Source of the DNA: a virus
Taxonomy: Duplodnaviria > Caudoviricetes
Length of the DNA: 64,000 bases
Virus record (IMG/VR): IMGVR_UViG_3300037602_000037
Direction: 5' to 3' (one strand)
Shown: positions 25,594-36,303 of the stretch, in pieces
How positions within the stretch are numbered: position 1 is the stretch's first letter
Layout of the letters: each line of letters starts with the position of its first letter
Position numbers and translations under genes: made by a program
Notes under the pieces: model-generated
Databases searched by the model: none
Told to the model about the DNA's origin: nothing
What the model saw: only the letters and a program-made list of their open reading frames with translations

Positions 25594-25953
25594 TTATTTT
25601 CCTTCTGCGCTGCTAGTATTGGCTATACGTATACGTTTGGTAGCTAGATCATAACAACTAACTATTCGATTATTAGCTTCGAATAAGGCTATATCAGCTT
25701 TCTTACCGAGAACAGCCACGCTGTCACTGTCTTTATAACCAGGATCTACTTTATTACCACATACCCGTGGTAACGGTTTTATACGTAGATTTTCCCTAAC
25801 TTGATCTTGCTGTGATATAGCATCTGTTATTTGTTGCGAAGCTGATTTGGCTACTTCAGATTGAGCTACTTTTTGCTCATCTGTTAAGCAACCCGTTAAA
25901 ATAATCAGGGGGAGCAGGAGAACCAATTTGGTCAGGGTTGCTCTGTAGTTCAT
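25594..25953 (-). CDS. outer-membrane spanin (lipoprotein)
   Basis: Lipobox LTGC; overlaps the 3' end of the i-spanin; next to the endolysin. Confidence 0.75.
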   Translation of the reverse strand: MNYRATLTKLVLLLPLIILTGCLTDEQKVAQSEVAKSASQQITDAISQQDQVRENLRIKPLPRVCGNKVDPGYKDSDSVAVLGKKADIALFEANNRIVSCYDLATKRIRIANTSSAEGK

Positions 25954-26332
25954 TTAACTGACTCCGTGCTTTAGATAATTCTTCTTTGCTGCTTTCAAGT
26001 TGTTGCTCAAATTCTTCCAAAGCTTCTTGGTTTTTCCTAATTATTTCTTCTTTTTCAGCTAGTAACTTAGCTCTATTGTCAAGCAACTTTTGCTTATTAT
26101 CAATGATAGTCTGTTGCGCTTCTATTTTAGCCCCAGCTACTAATTCCGCTATAGCATCTGCCACTAAACTTTTGTTATACGCGTATCCTACTATTAAAGC
26201 TATGATAATTATACCAACTGGTATTTTTAAAGGCGTTTTAGCAACTTCCCAAAGAACTTTTAAAATACCCTTGAGGGCGTTATAAACGCCCCCAAAGATT
26301 GTATTAGCAGCTAGTCCGGATAGTAAGCCCAT
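25877..26332 (-). CDS. inner-membrane spanin
   Basis: N-terminal TM plus coiled coil, directly after the endolysin. Confidence 0.75.
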   Translation of the reverse strand: MGLLSGLAANTIFGGVYNALKGILKVLWEVAKTPLKIPVGIIIIALIVGYAYNKSLVADAIAELVAGAKIEAQQTIIDNKQKLLDNRAKLLAEKEEIIRKNQEALEEFEQQLESSKEELSKARSQLNELQSNPDQIGSPAPPDYFNGLLNR

Positions 26333-26342
26333 GGCTAAATCC

Positions 26343-27626
26343 TCATTTGTTAAATATTACACTAGCAACTTCTTCTAGGTAAGACTCACTATCTGCCTTA
26401 TCCTTTTTGAGTTTATCAACACCACGCTTAACGCGAATACGATCACGTATAGCCATAAATGATAATACTATGGTAACTATTACTAACAGTATCATGCCAG
26501 CCTGTACAATAGGATCTGCATTTACGAACCAATCCCAAGCACCGTTAAGGACGGCAGTAACCATGGTACCGCCACTAAATACATAAGACAGCACAGTCTT
26601 AGACTCGAACAGTGGCTTATCCTTGCTTTCCAGTTCTTCTGGAATATCAGCAGGTACTTCAACTACTTCATTAGTTTCTTCTTCGTAGCTGCTAATTAAC
26701 TCTGCAGGAGCCATTTCTATTGGCTGCTCAAGTAATTCCAGCACGTTATCTATAGCTTCGCGAGTGTTTTTACCTATTACACCATCCACGTTAAGACCCG
26801 CGTACTTTTGGAAAGCTTTCGCAGCCTTCGTAGTTTTAGTACCATTCCACCCGTCTACTTTACCAACGTGGAATGCTTTACGCCCCTTAAGTTCAGAAAT
26901 ACGATTAAGCTTACCTTGGTACTCCATTAACAGTTTGTTAGGCTTACTAGGAGCTTTCTTAGTCTTTGCAGGTCCTTCATCAGTTATAAGTATCTTACGT
27001 GCTCGGTTAATAGCAGTAGTACGTTGCTTTAACCCGTTGTAACCGCCGTTGATAGCTTTAGTAGAAGCACGTATTTGGCCTTTACCTGCATAGAGATAAA
27101 CTTTGTTCTCTAACCAGTACCATACCGCGCTGTAAATAGCCCAAGGCATCCTACGTACTTCTTCCGGGTAACGAACAAAGTCCGGCGCATTTTTACCAAA
27201 AGATTGTTTATGAATCCACTTATTAAATTCATTATAGTTATACGCACCTGTCAATTGTTTTATACCGCCGCCACGGTAGTTCCAACCATCGTCCGTTCCT
27301 GAACGATTACCCATTCGTCCGTTATAGACGTAGTTAGCAAGAGCGCGAGGATTTTTAGCGTACTTTTTAGCTACGCTGTAGTTAGGAAATCTATTAGGCC
27401 ATACTTGCCTAAGACGCTTAGCTGAGTAATAAAGATTTTCTTCCAGACGGGTGAAGTACGTGCTTTCTACGGCGCAATGTCCTAAGAAAAATGCCATCCT
27501 TGACGGAGTGTCAACTTTGAATTCTTCTAAGTTGTCATTTAGGATGTTAACTATAGACATCGCCATAGTCATATTAGCACGTCCATAACTAATATCTTTT
27601 ACCTGTGAAGTAGTGAGGTAATTCAT
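26343..27626 (-). CDS. GH19 endolysin with peptidoglycan-binding domain and C-terminal TM helices
   Basis: FLGHCAVES, EENLYYS, YRGGGIKQLTG..NY, INGGYNG; FQKYAGLNVDGVIGKNT. Confidence 0.88.
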   Translation of the reverse strand: MNYLTTSQVKDISYGRANMTMAMSIVNILNDNLEEFKVDTPSRMAFFLGHCAVESTYFTRLEENLYYSAKRLRQVWPNRFPNYSVAKKYAKNPRALANYVYNGRMGNRSGTDDGWNYRGGGIKQLTGAYNYNEFNKWIHKQSFGKNAPDFVRYPEEVRRMPWAIYSAVWYWLENKVYLYAGKGQIRASTKAINGGYNGLKQRTTAINRARKILITDEGPAKTKKAPSKPNKLLMEYQGKLNRISELKGRKAFHVGKVDGWNGTKTTKAAKAFQKYAGLNVDGVIGKNTREAIDNVLELLEQPIEMAPAELISSYEEETNEVVEVPADIPEELESKDKPLFESKTVLSYVFSGGTMVTAVLNGAWDWFVNADPIVQAGMILLVIVTIVLSFMAIRDRIRVKRGVDKLKKDKADSESYLEEVASVIFNK

Positions 27627-27695
27627 ATCATTCTCCTTTAGTTACTGTACTATAATTAATGTGTACAACTATGGTAGTTTCCAATTAGTATTATC

Positions 27696-28337
27696 TTACG
27701 GCCATAACGAATGGGTAAGATAATTAGATGGTTTAGGATCCATCTCATTAAGTAAAAACGATGCTTGCCAAATTGGTTGACGAAAGGTAGTAGCAGCAGA
27801 AAGAATTTGTTGCCATTCCATAGCTGTAATTTGTACTGGTCCTGTATCTGTAAATATATTGATACTTTTTTCTGTATTACCTAAAGCAATTGCTGCATTA
27901 GAAGCATCAGTAACTTCTTCCCACCCTTTACGATCTTCCGGTGTGGTACCGATACGATGAATACCTCTACTATCTCCGAAGTCGTAATCAAACCCTAGCG
28001 CTAAACGTCTTTCCCTTTCAGTAATAATCATTTGCTCAGTAACTACAATGTCAACTTCATCACTATTTTCAATGTTGTACATATATTGTAGTTGGGTGTA
28101 ATGGTTTCCTTGTGACGCCTCCAAATGAGGTTCCATAAAATCTTGGATTGCGGTCAAAATAGTAGCATCGTCAGTTTCGTCAGAAATCTGGTGATTAGAT
28201 ATATCAATCTGGAATCCGTGAGGCGTTTCTACACCAACAAAATCAGAATGGGAAATCATCACCTGCCCCTGTACAATAGTGACGTATCCATTACTTTTCC
28301 ACTTTCTATGAATATTCCAATTTTTGTTAAATGTCAT
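27696..28337 (-). CDS. tail fibre assembly-associated protein (DUF4376-like)
   Basis: ERERRLALGF motif and position. Confidence 0.6.
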   Translation of the reverse strand: MTFNKNWNIHRKWKSNGYVTIVQGQVMISHSDFVGVETPHGFQIDISNHQISDETDDATILTAIQDFMEPHLEASQGNHYTQLQYMYNIENSDEVDIVVTEQMIITERERRLALGFDYDFGDSRGIHRIGTTPEDRKGWEEVTDASNAAIALGNTEKSINIFTDTGPVQITAMEWQQILSAATTFRQPIWQASFLLNEMDPKPSNYLTHSLWP

Positions 28338-29401
28338 TCTATGGCTCCTTGAATTGTACCACTGTTATTTACTGTAACAGTTTCAATTAAATAAATAGCT
28401 CTACCAGCGGCGCCACCCGATGATCCTGATACGCCCGCGACACCAGATGTGTAATTACCAGCATTACCTGTAGCCCCTGTAGATCCTGGTGATCCAGCTA
28501 CACCCCAAGTACCACCAGCTCCACCAGTTCCACCAGTTCCACCTGTGCCAGCATTGGTTCCACCTGCTGAACCAGCTGAACCAGCCGAACCACTGGTGAC
28601 AGATTGGCCATACCCTTGGCCGCGCCCGCCATTGCCACCGGCGCCACCAGCACCGCCACTTGTGTAAGCAGTGGCAGGGTAAGACCTGCGTATGTAATTG
28701 TAATAAATAGCTTGGGATCCAGGAGCCGGAGAACCTCTATAGTAAGTGTAGCCGCCAACAGTGACCACACCTGACGCGGCTGCTGCACCGGAAGAAATAG
28801 CACTATTGGCAAACACCACCGGGTAATTAATACCAGACCCTCCATAATAATAAAGCGGATGATTGTTAAGTTCGATAAACCAACTAGAGTAAACAGGGTA
28901 AGAGTAAGACCCTTGCCCGCCAGTACCGCCAGCGCCACCAGCCCCGCCGCCGCCACCGCCCGCGCGAATTGAACCCGTATTGTTGATAGTAACTCCTGTT
29001 TGCTCTACTAATATAGCGTTACCACCCGCGCCTCCATTGGATGGTCCATATCCACCTTGAACTTCACCCTGCACGTTTATTGTCAGGGTTCCTCCACGAC
29101 CAGTACCTGTACGTAGAGCATTGTATGATGCAGCATCAGTAGAACCCACTATCACACCAACAGGAATAGTTACAATCTTATCTTTGTCACTAGACCAATC
29201 ACTTGGATCGAATAAGTTCGATAAATCAAGATTAGTAGTCGTTTCTGATACTGTATACTCAATAGCCGCTTTAAATATCTCTACCCAAGAACCTTCTACT
29301 TTTTGGTGTATACTTTTAGATGGTACCCAAGTACCTCCGTCTTTAACGAATATATCTTTAGGTTCATGCCAGGAACCACCTGACTTAAAGTAAGTAACCA
29401 T
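28334..29401 (-). CDS. glycine-rich receptor-binding adhesin (gp38-like)
   Basis: GGNAI..INNTGSIRAGGGGGG, polyglycine runs, ends NNSGTIQG. Confidence 0.7.
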   Translation of the reverse strand: MVTYFKSGGSWHEPKDIFVKDGGTWVPSKSIHQKVEGSWVEIFKAAIEYTVSETTTNLDLSNLFDPSDWSSDKDKIVTIPVGVIVGSTDAASYNALRTGTGRGGTLTINVQGEVQGGYGPSNGGAGGNAILVEQTGVTINNTGSIRAGGGGGGAGGAGGTGGQGSYSYPVYSSWFIELNNHPLYYYGGSGINYPVVFANSAISSGAAAASGVVTVGGYTYYRGSPAPGSQAIYYNYIRRSYPATAYTSGGAGGAGGNGGRGQGYGQSVTSGSAGSAGSAGGTNAGTGGTGGTGGAGGTWGVAGSPGSTGATGNAGNYTSGVAGVSGSSGGAAGRAIYLIETVTVNNSGTIQGAIE

Positions 29402-30996
29402 TATATTTTAACCCATATGTCCCCATTTTCCCCGCCTGAAGGATCAGATGAGGATATGGTCATATTACTTGAAGCTAAAGAACCTAATGAAGATGCGTCT
29501 GCCTTGTAATCAACCGTTTTAGTATATTGAACGGATAAGCCAGATAAATCATCTATAGCCGATATTAAGAACCCCTTAGATATATCTTCTGATGTAACAT
29601 AATGCTGGTTAACTTCTTTAATACTTACCCTTGCATATGTACCAATGTTATTATTACCAATTACCCAACCCGCTCTACTTGAGCCATCATTAACCCATCT
29701 TACTACGCAAGGTTCTTCTCCAGAAATCATTTGAGCGTAGTACCCAGAGCTATACCAAGAATTTCCAATATTATACCCAGCGAGATAGAGCGTAACTGGT
29801 GTACTACTAGTGAAGGTGTAAATTTCCACTACAATTGATACCATACCGGCATTACTAGCTGACGTAGGCATCATAATTTTAATGTAATTTGCTGACAAGT
29901 TACTATGTTCGTAGAAACCGCCGCCAGGATTTAAGTGGCGGTTAACGGTGGTTTCTAAATTTATGTCATTTAATACAAAACTCTTGAATTTTTCAAGAGT
30001 TTGCCTACTAATAAATCCGTCTGAACTATCCTCTATAAATACATGGGACGGCTTATCAGTAACTTCAAGTGCACTAGTGTAAAACTTAGTGCCGTATATA
30101 TTACCATTACCATCTCTGGCTACCAACGTATTAGGTACAGACGACGTAGAGGTACTAAAACCGTCAACAGTATCCGCATCTAATCCTGAACCCGCTCCAT
30201 CAACAGTTAACAGTTTGGCAAGTACGTCTGCTGCTGTGTACGAACTAGCTGCTAAGAAATAAGATTTAGCTTCACCACCCAATGTGTCAGCCGCTTTACC
30301 CCACGCTTGAGCAGCGGCTTTTAAAGCAGTTGCCGGCCAAGCTTTAGCGGTTGTACCATCTCCAGCTGTAGCTTCAGTGTTATCTCCTGAAGCTATGTTA
30401 TTAGCGTTATTATCAATGGCGTCTAGCTTACTTTTATCCGCTGAAGACATAAAACCAGCAGATTCAGTAGTAGCTCCAGAATGTAAAGTACCTCCACCTC
30501 TAGTACCATGTGAAGTATCACTGAACCTAGCTGAAGGAATTGACCCTGTATTCAAATTACTAGCATTTAAAAAATGGGTAGCTTCTAAACCGTCTAAGGT
30601 ATCTGCATCTAGACCTGAGCCGTCACCGTCAACAGACTTCACCACAGTTAGTAGTTCCGCCGCTGATAAATTTATTTCTCCTGGTAAACCTCTAAGATTT
30701 CCTGTTGTAACAGTATATACGCTACCATCCTCCGTGGTAAAGGTTATATCGTATGCGTAGTTATCCTCAGAGTTAACTGCTATTTCCACGTTTGAAATAG
30801 GCGCTGCAGAACTAGCGGTTTTAACCCAATATGATATATTTGTTGGTAGTGTACCAACTGGAGGACTAGATCCCAACTTAACTCTATACGTACTTCCAAG
30901 GTAAAATACTTCATCAAGCTGGTTATACTGAATTGCCTCGTCAAAAGAACCTTTATGATCAGGTATTATTTTACCTAAATTTTGAGCAGATGGCAT
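29401..30996 (-). CDS. tail fibre protein
   Basis: GSGLDADTLDG repeats; PSGGENGDIW C-terminus. Confidence 0.8.
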   Translation of the reverse strand: MPSAQNLGKIIPDHKGSFDEAIQYNQLDEVFYLGSTYRVKLGSSPPVGTLPTNISYWVKTASSAAPISNVEIAVNSEDNYAYDITFTTEDGSVYTVTTGNLRGLPGEINLSAAELLTVVKSVDGDGSGLDADTLDGLEATHFLNASNLNTGSIPSARFSDTSHGTRGGGTLHSGATTESAGFMSSADKSKLDAIDNNANNIASGDNTEATAGDGTTAKAWPATALKAAAQAWGKAADTLGGEAKSYFLAASSYTAADVLAKLLTVDGAGSGLDADTVDGFSTSTSSVPNTLVARDGNGNIYGTKFYTSALEVTDKPSHVFIEDSSDGFISRQTLEKFKSFVLNDINLETTVNRHLNPGGGFYEHSNLSANYIKIMMPTSASNAGMVSIVVEIYTFTSSTPVTLYLAGYNIGNSWYSSGYYAQMISGEEPCVVRWVNDGSSRAGWVIGNNNIGTYARVSIKEVNQHYVTSEDISKGFLISAIDDLSGLSVQYTKTVDYKADASSLGSLASSNMTISSSDPSGGENGDIWVKI

Positions 30997-31034
30997 GATT
31001 TTTCCTACTATCTAGTAATTATAGGTTCTGAGTA

Positions 31035-31367
31035 TTAAATTTGTTCCCAGTTTTCAATGTCTTCTTTCCATATGTACGTATTACCATCATTTGGGTAATC
31101 AATAGGAGGTATCCAATCATGATTTTCATTTAATACCCAACTATTAAAAGGCTTGGGTGCTATAAAAATATCATTAACAGGATCGTAAGTAAATCCTATT
31201 CCTGGAAATTGTTTTCTTATGCTATTGTTATAACTACATTGTATCCAGGTACCACCTAATTTTAAATCCTTACTTAAATAATCATTACCTCTTTGTTCTT
31301 CGTAATCAGGAATTACTAAAACTTGTGTTACTATGCTATTTTCATTGATTTGAGCAAAATGTGCCAT
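31035..31367 (-). CDS. tail fibre-associated small protein
   Basis: MAHFAQI..WIQCSYN..GIGFTYD..FIAPKPF motif, typically found after Gly-rich fibre genes. Confidence 0.65.
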   Translation of the reverse strand: MAHFAQINENSIVTQVLVIPDYEEQRGNDYLSKDLKLGGTWIQCSYNNSIRKQFPGIGFTYDPVNDIFIAPKPFNSWVLNENHDWIPPIDYPNDGNTYIWKEDIENWEQI

Positions 31368-32611
31368 TATATTGCGTACCTCACAACTACTAGTCCAGAA
31401 CCACCGGACGCACCGTATACTATCGGGTCAGAAGCACTTCCGTATCCATTACCTCCTACGGCGGCACCACCACCACCGCCGCCTGTGTTAGCTGCTCCGG
31501 CAATAGGATTAAGAAACACTGAACCGTTAACTTGCGCACGGCCACCATATCCCCCACCTCCGGTACCACCTAAAGCGTAGTCATAACCTGTAGCAGAAAC
31601 TCCGAATTGAACACCGCCACCGCCGCCACCGCCGTAGTAAACACCATTGTACCAAGCTATACCGGGACCACCAGCGCCACCTCTACCGGCGGCACTAGTA
31701 CTAGGAGCTGGAGCTACACCTCCAGCACCACCGCCACCACCGGATGCGAACATGAGTGCGGTGTTACCACTATCGTAGCCGTTATTACCAGCGTTACCTT
31801 GTCCCGGTACGCCACCTGCCGCAGAAGAATTGTTACTATGGTGGCCACCACCACCTGAACCGCCTGAAGCACCATTATAATGGACACCGGCGGACATAAG
31901 GCCACCGTAACCACCACCATAGGCCGTGTAACCAAATGCTACGCTATTAGTACCATTCACGTTTAACGAACCACCTGCGCCAACAATCATGTTGTAACCA
32001 CCGACGCCAATAGCTCCGCCGTTAACAGTTACTACACCACCAGCACCACCACCCGCGCTAGTACGGTCAACACCGTAACCGCCGGGACCGCCGCCACCAA
32101 CAACTATAAAGTCAACGGATAGAGATTTATTAGCAGTAAATACAGCCGTAGCGGTGAATACGTGGTATCTGTATCCACCTGATATATAGGTTGCTCCTCC
32201 AGTAGCTGCTTGAGCCACCGCGCCTGTAGACGCGCTAGTAGCAGCTGCTGATCCAGAAACATTTGTAGCGGTAACAGCTACAGAAATAGCATAACCGATA
32301 TCAGCAGCAACCAACGTATAAGTTGAACCGGTAGCTCCGGATATATTAGAGCCGCCACGCTTCCATTGATAAGAGTAACTAGCGGGATTATTAATCCATG
32401 TTCCAACAGCAGCTGAAAGAGTCGATGTCTCAACTAATTCGCCAGAAATTGTTGGTACTGACGTATTAACAGGAACCCCTGGGTATACATCAACCCAAGA
32501 CCCGCCAATTTTTACAAATGCTTGAGTAACAGATTTCCAAGTTCCAGCGTCTTTAACTAGTATATCTGTAGGTTCTTGGAAAGATCCTCCGGATTTAATG
32601 TAAGCTACCAT
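31367..32611 (-). CDS. glycine-rich adhesin with Ig-like domain
   Basis: YSYQWKRGG..ATGSTYTL Ig repeat; polyglycine; GGSGLVVVRY end. Confidence 0.7.
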   Translation of the reverse strand: MVAYIKSGGSFQEPTDILVKDAGTWKSVTQAFVKIGGSWVDVYPGVPVNTSVPTISGELVETSTLSAAVGTWINNPASYSYQWKRGGSNISGATGSTYTLVAADIGYAISVAVTATNVSGSAAATSASTGAVAQAATGGATYISGGYRYHVFTATAVFTANKSLSVDFIVVGGGGPGGYGVDRTSAGGGAGGVVTVNGGAIGVGGYNMIVGAGGSLNVNGTNSVAFGYTAYGGGYGGLMSAGVHYNGASGGSGGGGHHSNNSSAAGGVPGQGNAGNNGYDSGNTALMFASGGGGGAGGVAPAPSTSAAGRGGAGGPGIAWYNGVYYGGGGGGGVQFGVSATGYDYALGGTGGGGYGGRAQVNGSVFLNPIAGAANTGGGGGGAAVGGNGYGSASDPIVYGASGGSGLVVVRYAI

Positions 32612-34713
32612 TATACTTTAAACCATATATCACCGTTGTTTCCACCGGAAGGACTACTAGAGGAAACTGTTACATTACTCGTGGCTAAATTGCCCAAAGC
32701 TAAAGCAGAAGTATTTCCAGAACCGTCCACTTTTACTACTCCATTTAATAAATTAGGTAGTTTCAAACCCCCCGGTATGGTTACATTACCAGATATATCT
32801 GTAGATATTATTCTTTGCCAAGCAGTCCACGTACTACTATTTTTTGTTCTCATGTATATGGTGTATATATCTGATCCCCCGGCCGCATAAGGAATTGCAA
32901 GTTGAGTTAAATTGCCAGAGTTAGCATATACGAAATTAAAGGGATGAAAATAATCCGCTGTACTTGTGGGGCCATTAGTATCATTACCGTGTAATAGGAT
33001 TAAACCACTACCTCCATCAATGTAATCATTCCAATCGGAAGTTCCAGCGTTAGTAGTAACTGATCCAAAACCTCCTAGTAATCTTGCAGTACCATCTAGA
33101 GTTATATTACCAGTAACAGTACCACCAGAGTTTGGCAAACCTCCAAGTTGAGCTAACGAAGGCGTAGCAGCTAAAACAGTTTCCGTTTTAGCCACAGTTC
33201 CAATGCTAGTTCCGTAACCTACTTCCCACCCACTGGATAAGTCTAGTGTCTCCCCGGCAATATAATGGGTTATAACCTCAGTAACTACTACTCTGGTATA
33301 GGCCCAGCCTGTATTCGTTTCACCGAGCGCTAAACCCAATCTACTATCGCCAAATGTTACCCACCTAATAGAAAAATTGTTATTGCCCGTTTCCATTTGG
33401 CTATAACAGTATATAGGCTGCCATGCATTTGATAAACAATATCCGGTAGCCTTTATTCTGTTAGTAACAGTTCCTGTATCAAAGTTATAAATGTCAATAA
33501 CTAATGTTATCATCATGTTAACGGAATTAGCAGAAACAGGTAGTTTAACCCAAGCGTAGTTTGCACCTATGCTACCAATGTAAGCTTGACCGCCTTTGGG
33601 AAAGGCATAACTTCTAACTCCACCTCCAACCGTAGCGTCAACTTCGGCTTTACTATAAACACTTAAAGAATTTCTAAATCCGGCGGCATCATTTTTTCGT
33701 ATTTCATTTCCACTTGAGGAAAAGAATACGGAGTCAGTATTAGTGCTTACTACCGCGTGGGATAAAGATAATCCTTCACCGATATAGTTTCTAGCAGTTA
33801 AATCTCCACTTGAATCTCTTACGGCTATTGTACTTACAGTGGCACTTTCTGAGGTGTTCAAACCATCTAAAGTATCAGCGTCTATACCAGAACCAGCTCC
33901 GTCCACGGTTAACAGTTTAGCTAAAACATCCGCTGCAGTATACGATGAAGAAAGTAAGAATGCAGATGATGAGTAACCATCTAAAGTATCAGCGTCTAAT
34001 CCCGAACCTACCCCATCAACAGTTAGCAGTTTAGTAAGAATATCATTACCGCTAAAGGATGTAAAAGCATTTGATATTTGGGTACCAACTTCTGCTTTAG
34101 TATACACATCAAGCGAATTTAGAGTCCCTGCAGCATTATTCTTATATACTATATCGCCGTCACTAGTGTAAAAAACTGTGTCACTATCTCTTTGAGTAAC
34201 TTCTGCACTAGTGGATAAATTTTCTGTTAAAATACGTCTAACAACAGCGTCACCATCTGACGTACGTTGTACTATGGAACTTTCTGTAGCAGTTGCGCTA
34301 GAAGGACGCCCCCTTAATAAGTCTGCGTCTAGTCCTGAACCCACCCCGTCAACTGCTTGTAGTAGTGTTATAAGTTCAGAACCTTCTGGTATTTCTCCCG
34401 GTAAACCCCTCAAATTGCCGGTTGTAACAGTAAAAGTACTACCATCCGCCACAGTAAAAGTTATGTCGTACGCATAATTATCTTCGTTATTAACTTCAAT
34501 TTCTACATTTGAAATAGGAGCCGCCGCGCTTGAAGTTTTAACCCAATACGCCATGTTAGTAGGTATGGTTCCTACGGGTGGTACTACTCCCACTTTCACC
34601 CTATACGTGCTTCCTAGGTAAAATACTTCATCTAATTGACCATATTGGGTTGCTTCGTTATAAGCGCCTAAATGATTAGGAGAAATACGACCAAGGTTTA
34701 AAACACTTGACAT
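32611..34713 (-). CDS. tail fibre protein
   Basis: Paralogue of 29401-30996; LDAD repeats; PSGGNNGDIW end. Confidence 0.8.
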   Translation of the reverse strand: MSSVLNLGRISPNHLGAYNEATQYGQLDEVFYLGSTYRVKVGVVPPVGTIPTNMAYWVKTSSAAAPISNVEIEVNNEDNYAYDITFTVADGSTFTVTTGNLRGLPGEIPEGSELITLLQAVDGVGSGLDADLLRGRPSSATATESSIVQRTSDGDAVVRRILTENLSTSAEVTQRDSDTVFYTSDGDIVYKNNAAGTLNSLDVYTKAEVGTQISNAFTSFSGNDILTKLLTVDGVGSGLDADTLDGYSSSAFLLSSSYTAADVLAKLLTVDGAGSGIDADTLDGLNTSESATVSTIAVRDSSGDLTARNYIGEGLSLSHAVVSTNTDSVFFSSSGNEIRKNDAAGFRNSLSVYSKAEVDATVGGGVRSYAFPKGGQAYIGSIGANYAWVKLPVSANSVNMMITLVIDIYNFDTGTVTNRIKATGYCLSNAWQPIYCYSQMETGNNNFSIRWVTFGDSRLGLALGETNTGWAYTRVVVTEVITHYIAGETLDLSSGWEVGYGTSIGTVAKTETVLAATPSLAQLGGLPNSGGTVTGNITLDGTARLLGGFGSVTTNAGTSDWNDYIDGGSGLILLHGNDTNGPTSTADYFHPFNFVYANSGNLTQLAIPYAAGGSDIYTIYMRTKNSSTWTAWQRIISTDISGNVTIPGGLKLPNLLNGVVKVDGSGNTSALALGNLATSNVTVSSSSPSGGNNGDIWFKV

Positions 34714-34735
34714 TTAATACTTCCTATCTAGTAGT

Positions 34736-35647
34736 TCAGATATCGCTGTCGTCTCTAACCATAACCCAGTCAGTAGCATCGTCACCCCTAGCGTAAGCTA
34801 TACCGGCCCCGCCTGTAGCATCCGTGCATAATGCCATAGAACCTTTGTAATCTACTGCTGAAATAGCTAGTAATTCTGCTCTAGTTTTACTGGGCATCTG
34901 GTGTAAACCAGCGCTATTCAAGTTTATAGGTATCCAATAAGTATCGTCTGTTGGCGATGTTCCAATTGGAGGATCAGTATTGTATTTTACTCTATATGTA
35001 GATCCTGCGTAGAACACTTCATCCAGTGGTTCATACTTAGCAGCTGCGTTATACGGACCTTTATGTGTAACAACTACTTTACCCATGTTTAATTCAACGG
35101 GCGTGCCGTTGTACGCACCATATTCAATAACTAAGTCACCATTAACATTGATTTCGCCAGTAACAGGTCTAGTTAAAGTAGTATCGTCCTGTTCAATTAT
35201 TAGCTCACCATTAGAATTAAGCCTGAACATAACTATTGGAGGGCTTCCAGGTGGTCCTTTTGGACCTTTTAAGTTAACAGCCGTACTACTAGATGCGTTT
35301 AACCCTGAAGGCGTTAGAAATACATCTACAGGTGGCTTAGTACCAGTACCACCTGTCCAATCAACTACTTTCATGAGTACTCGTTCGCCGACTTCAACAA
35401 GAGCTAAATCAGCTACCCACCCATTAGAGCCGGGTGTGGAAAGACTTTGTACTAAAGCGTTTGAAAAAGTAATACCTACATTTGAAAAATCGAAATTACC
35501 TGACGATTTATCGGTAAGAAGTCGGGGAGGCGAACTAGTACCGTCCCCTATTCTCATAGTTTTAGTATCAATGTCCCAACCTATAGCACCTAACGGTAAT
35601 GCTGGTACATTAGTTTCAGTACCAATCTGTGATATTACCCTATACAT
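34736..35647 (-). CDS. tail fibre adaptor protein
   Basis: Shares its N-terminal domain with 36304-40917 and the LDEVFY domain with both fibres; short collagen-like GPKGPPG. Confidence 0.65.
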   Translation of the reverse strand: MYRVISQIGTETNVPALPLGAIGWDIDTKTMRIGDGTSSPPRLLTDKSSGNFDFSNVGITFSNALVQSLSTPGSNGWVADLALVEVGERVLMKVVDWTGGTGTKPPVDVFLTPSGLNASSSTAVNLKGPKGPPGSPPIVMFRLNSNGELIIEQDDTTLTRPVTGEINVNGDLVIEYGAYNGTPVELNMGKVVVTHKGPYNAAAKYEPLDEVFYAGSTYRVKYNTDPPIGTSPTDDTYWIPINLNSAGLHQMPSKTRAELLAISAVDYKGSMALCTDATGGAGIAYARGDDATDWVMVRDDSDI

Positions 35648-35662
35648 AGTGCGTGTTTCCCT

Positions 35663-36289
35663 TTATTCCGGCGTTTCTGTTGCTTCGGGTATAGTATGAT
35701 TAACATCTGAGAATAAGGACCAAGGTCTATTTAACGCATTTAGGTAGGCTTTGTATTTATTATCAAAACCCTGAGCAGCCGCTACTTTTTGACGAGATAT
35801 ATTTTCAATAGCGAACACTGATTGAATATGACGATTAGATAGAACCAAAAGGAAAAGAATATCTTCTTCTGGAACAGGTAAAAAATCGCCATTAACCTTT
35901 AATGCAATAGTACCTATGTCTATACCTTTATTAACATTGCTTTGTTGGCCTAAAAGGTTACTAATTGAGGATAGTATACCAGCTTCCGTTATAACTCTCA
36001 TAGAGTCAGGATCAGTTGGATAAGTAGATCCTTTGATTGTTATACCTTTTATTTGTTCTTTCCATCTTTTTGCAGCTAGAGCTTCAAATATTTGAAGCTG
36101 GAAATACTCTTCAGACGGCGGCCTAATTTTACCAGCTACGTACACATAGTCCAAGTTGCAAAACTCTACGTAAAACTGTTCAATTTCTACTGGGGAAACC
36201 AATACTGGATTATCGGTAGGTTCAGTTTCCTGAACCTTTTTTCCGATCACTTTATTAGTCTCCATATTTACTAGGGCCCAATGTTTCAT
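35663..36289 (-). CDS. tail fibre assembly-associated protein (DUF4376-like)
   Basis: LAAKRWKEQIKGITI..TDPDS. Confidence 0.6.
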   Translation of the reverse strand: MKHWALVNMETNKVIGKKVQETEPTDNPVLVSPVEIEQFYVEFCNLDYVYVAGKIRPPSEEYFQLQIFEALAAKRWKEQIKGITIKGSTYPTDPDSMRVITEAGILSSISNLLGQQSNVNKGIDIGTIALKVNGDFLPVPEEDILFLLVLSNRHIQSVFAIENISRQKVAAAQGFDNKYKAYLNALNRPWSLFSDVNHTIPEATETPE

Positions 36290-36303
36290 GTTATTCTCCT
36301 AAA

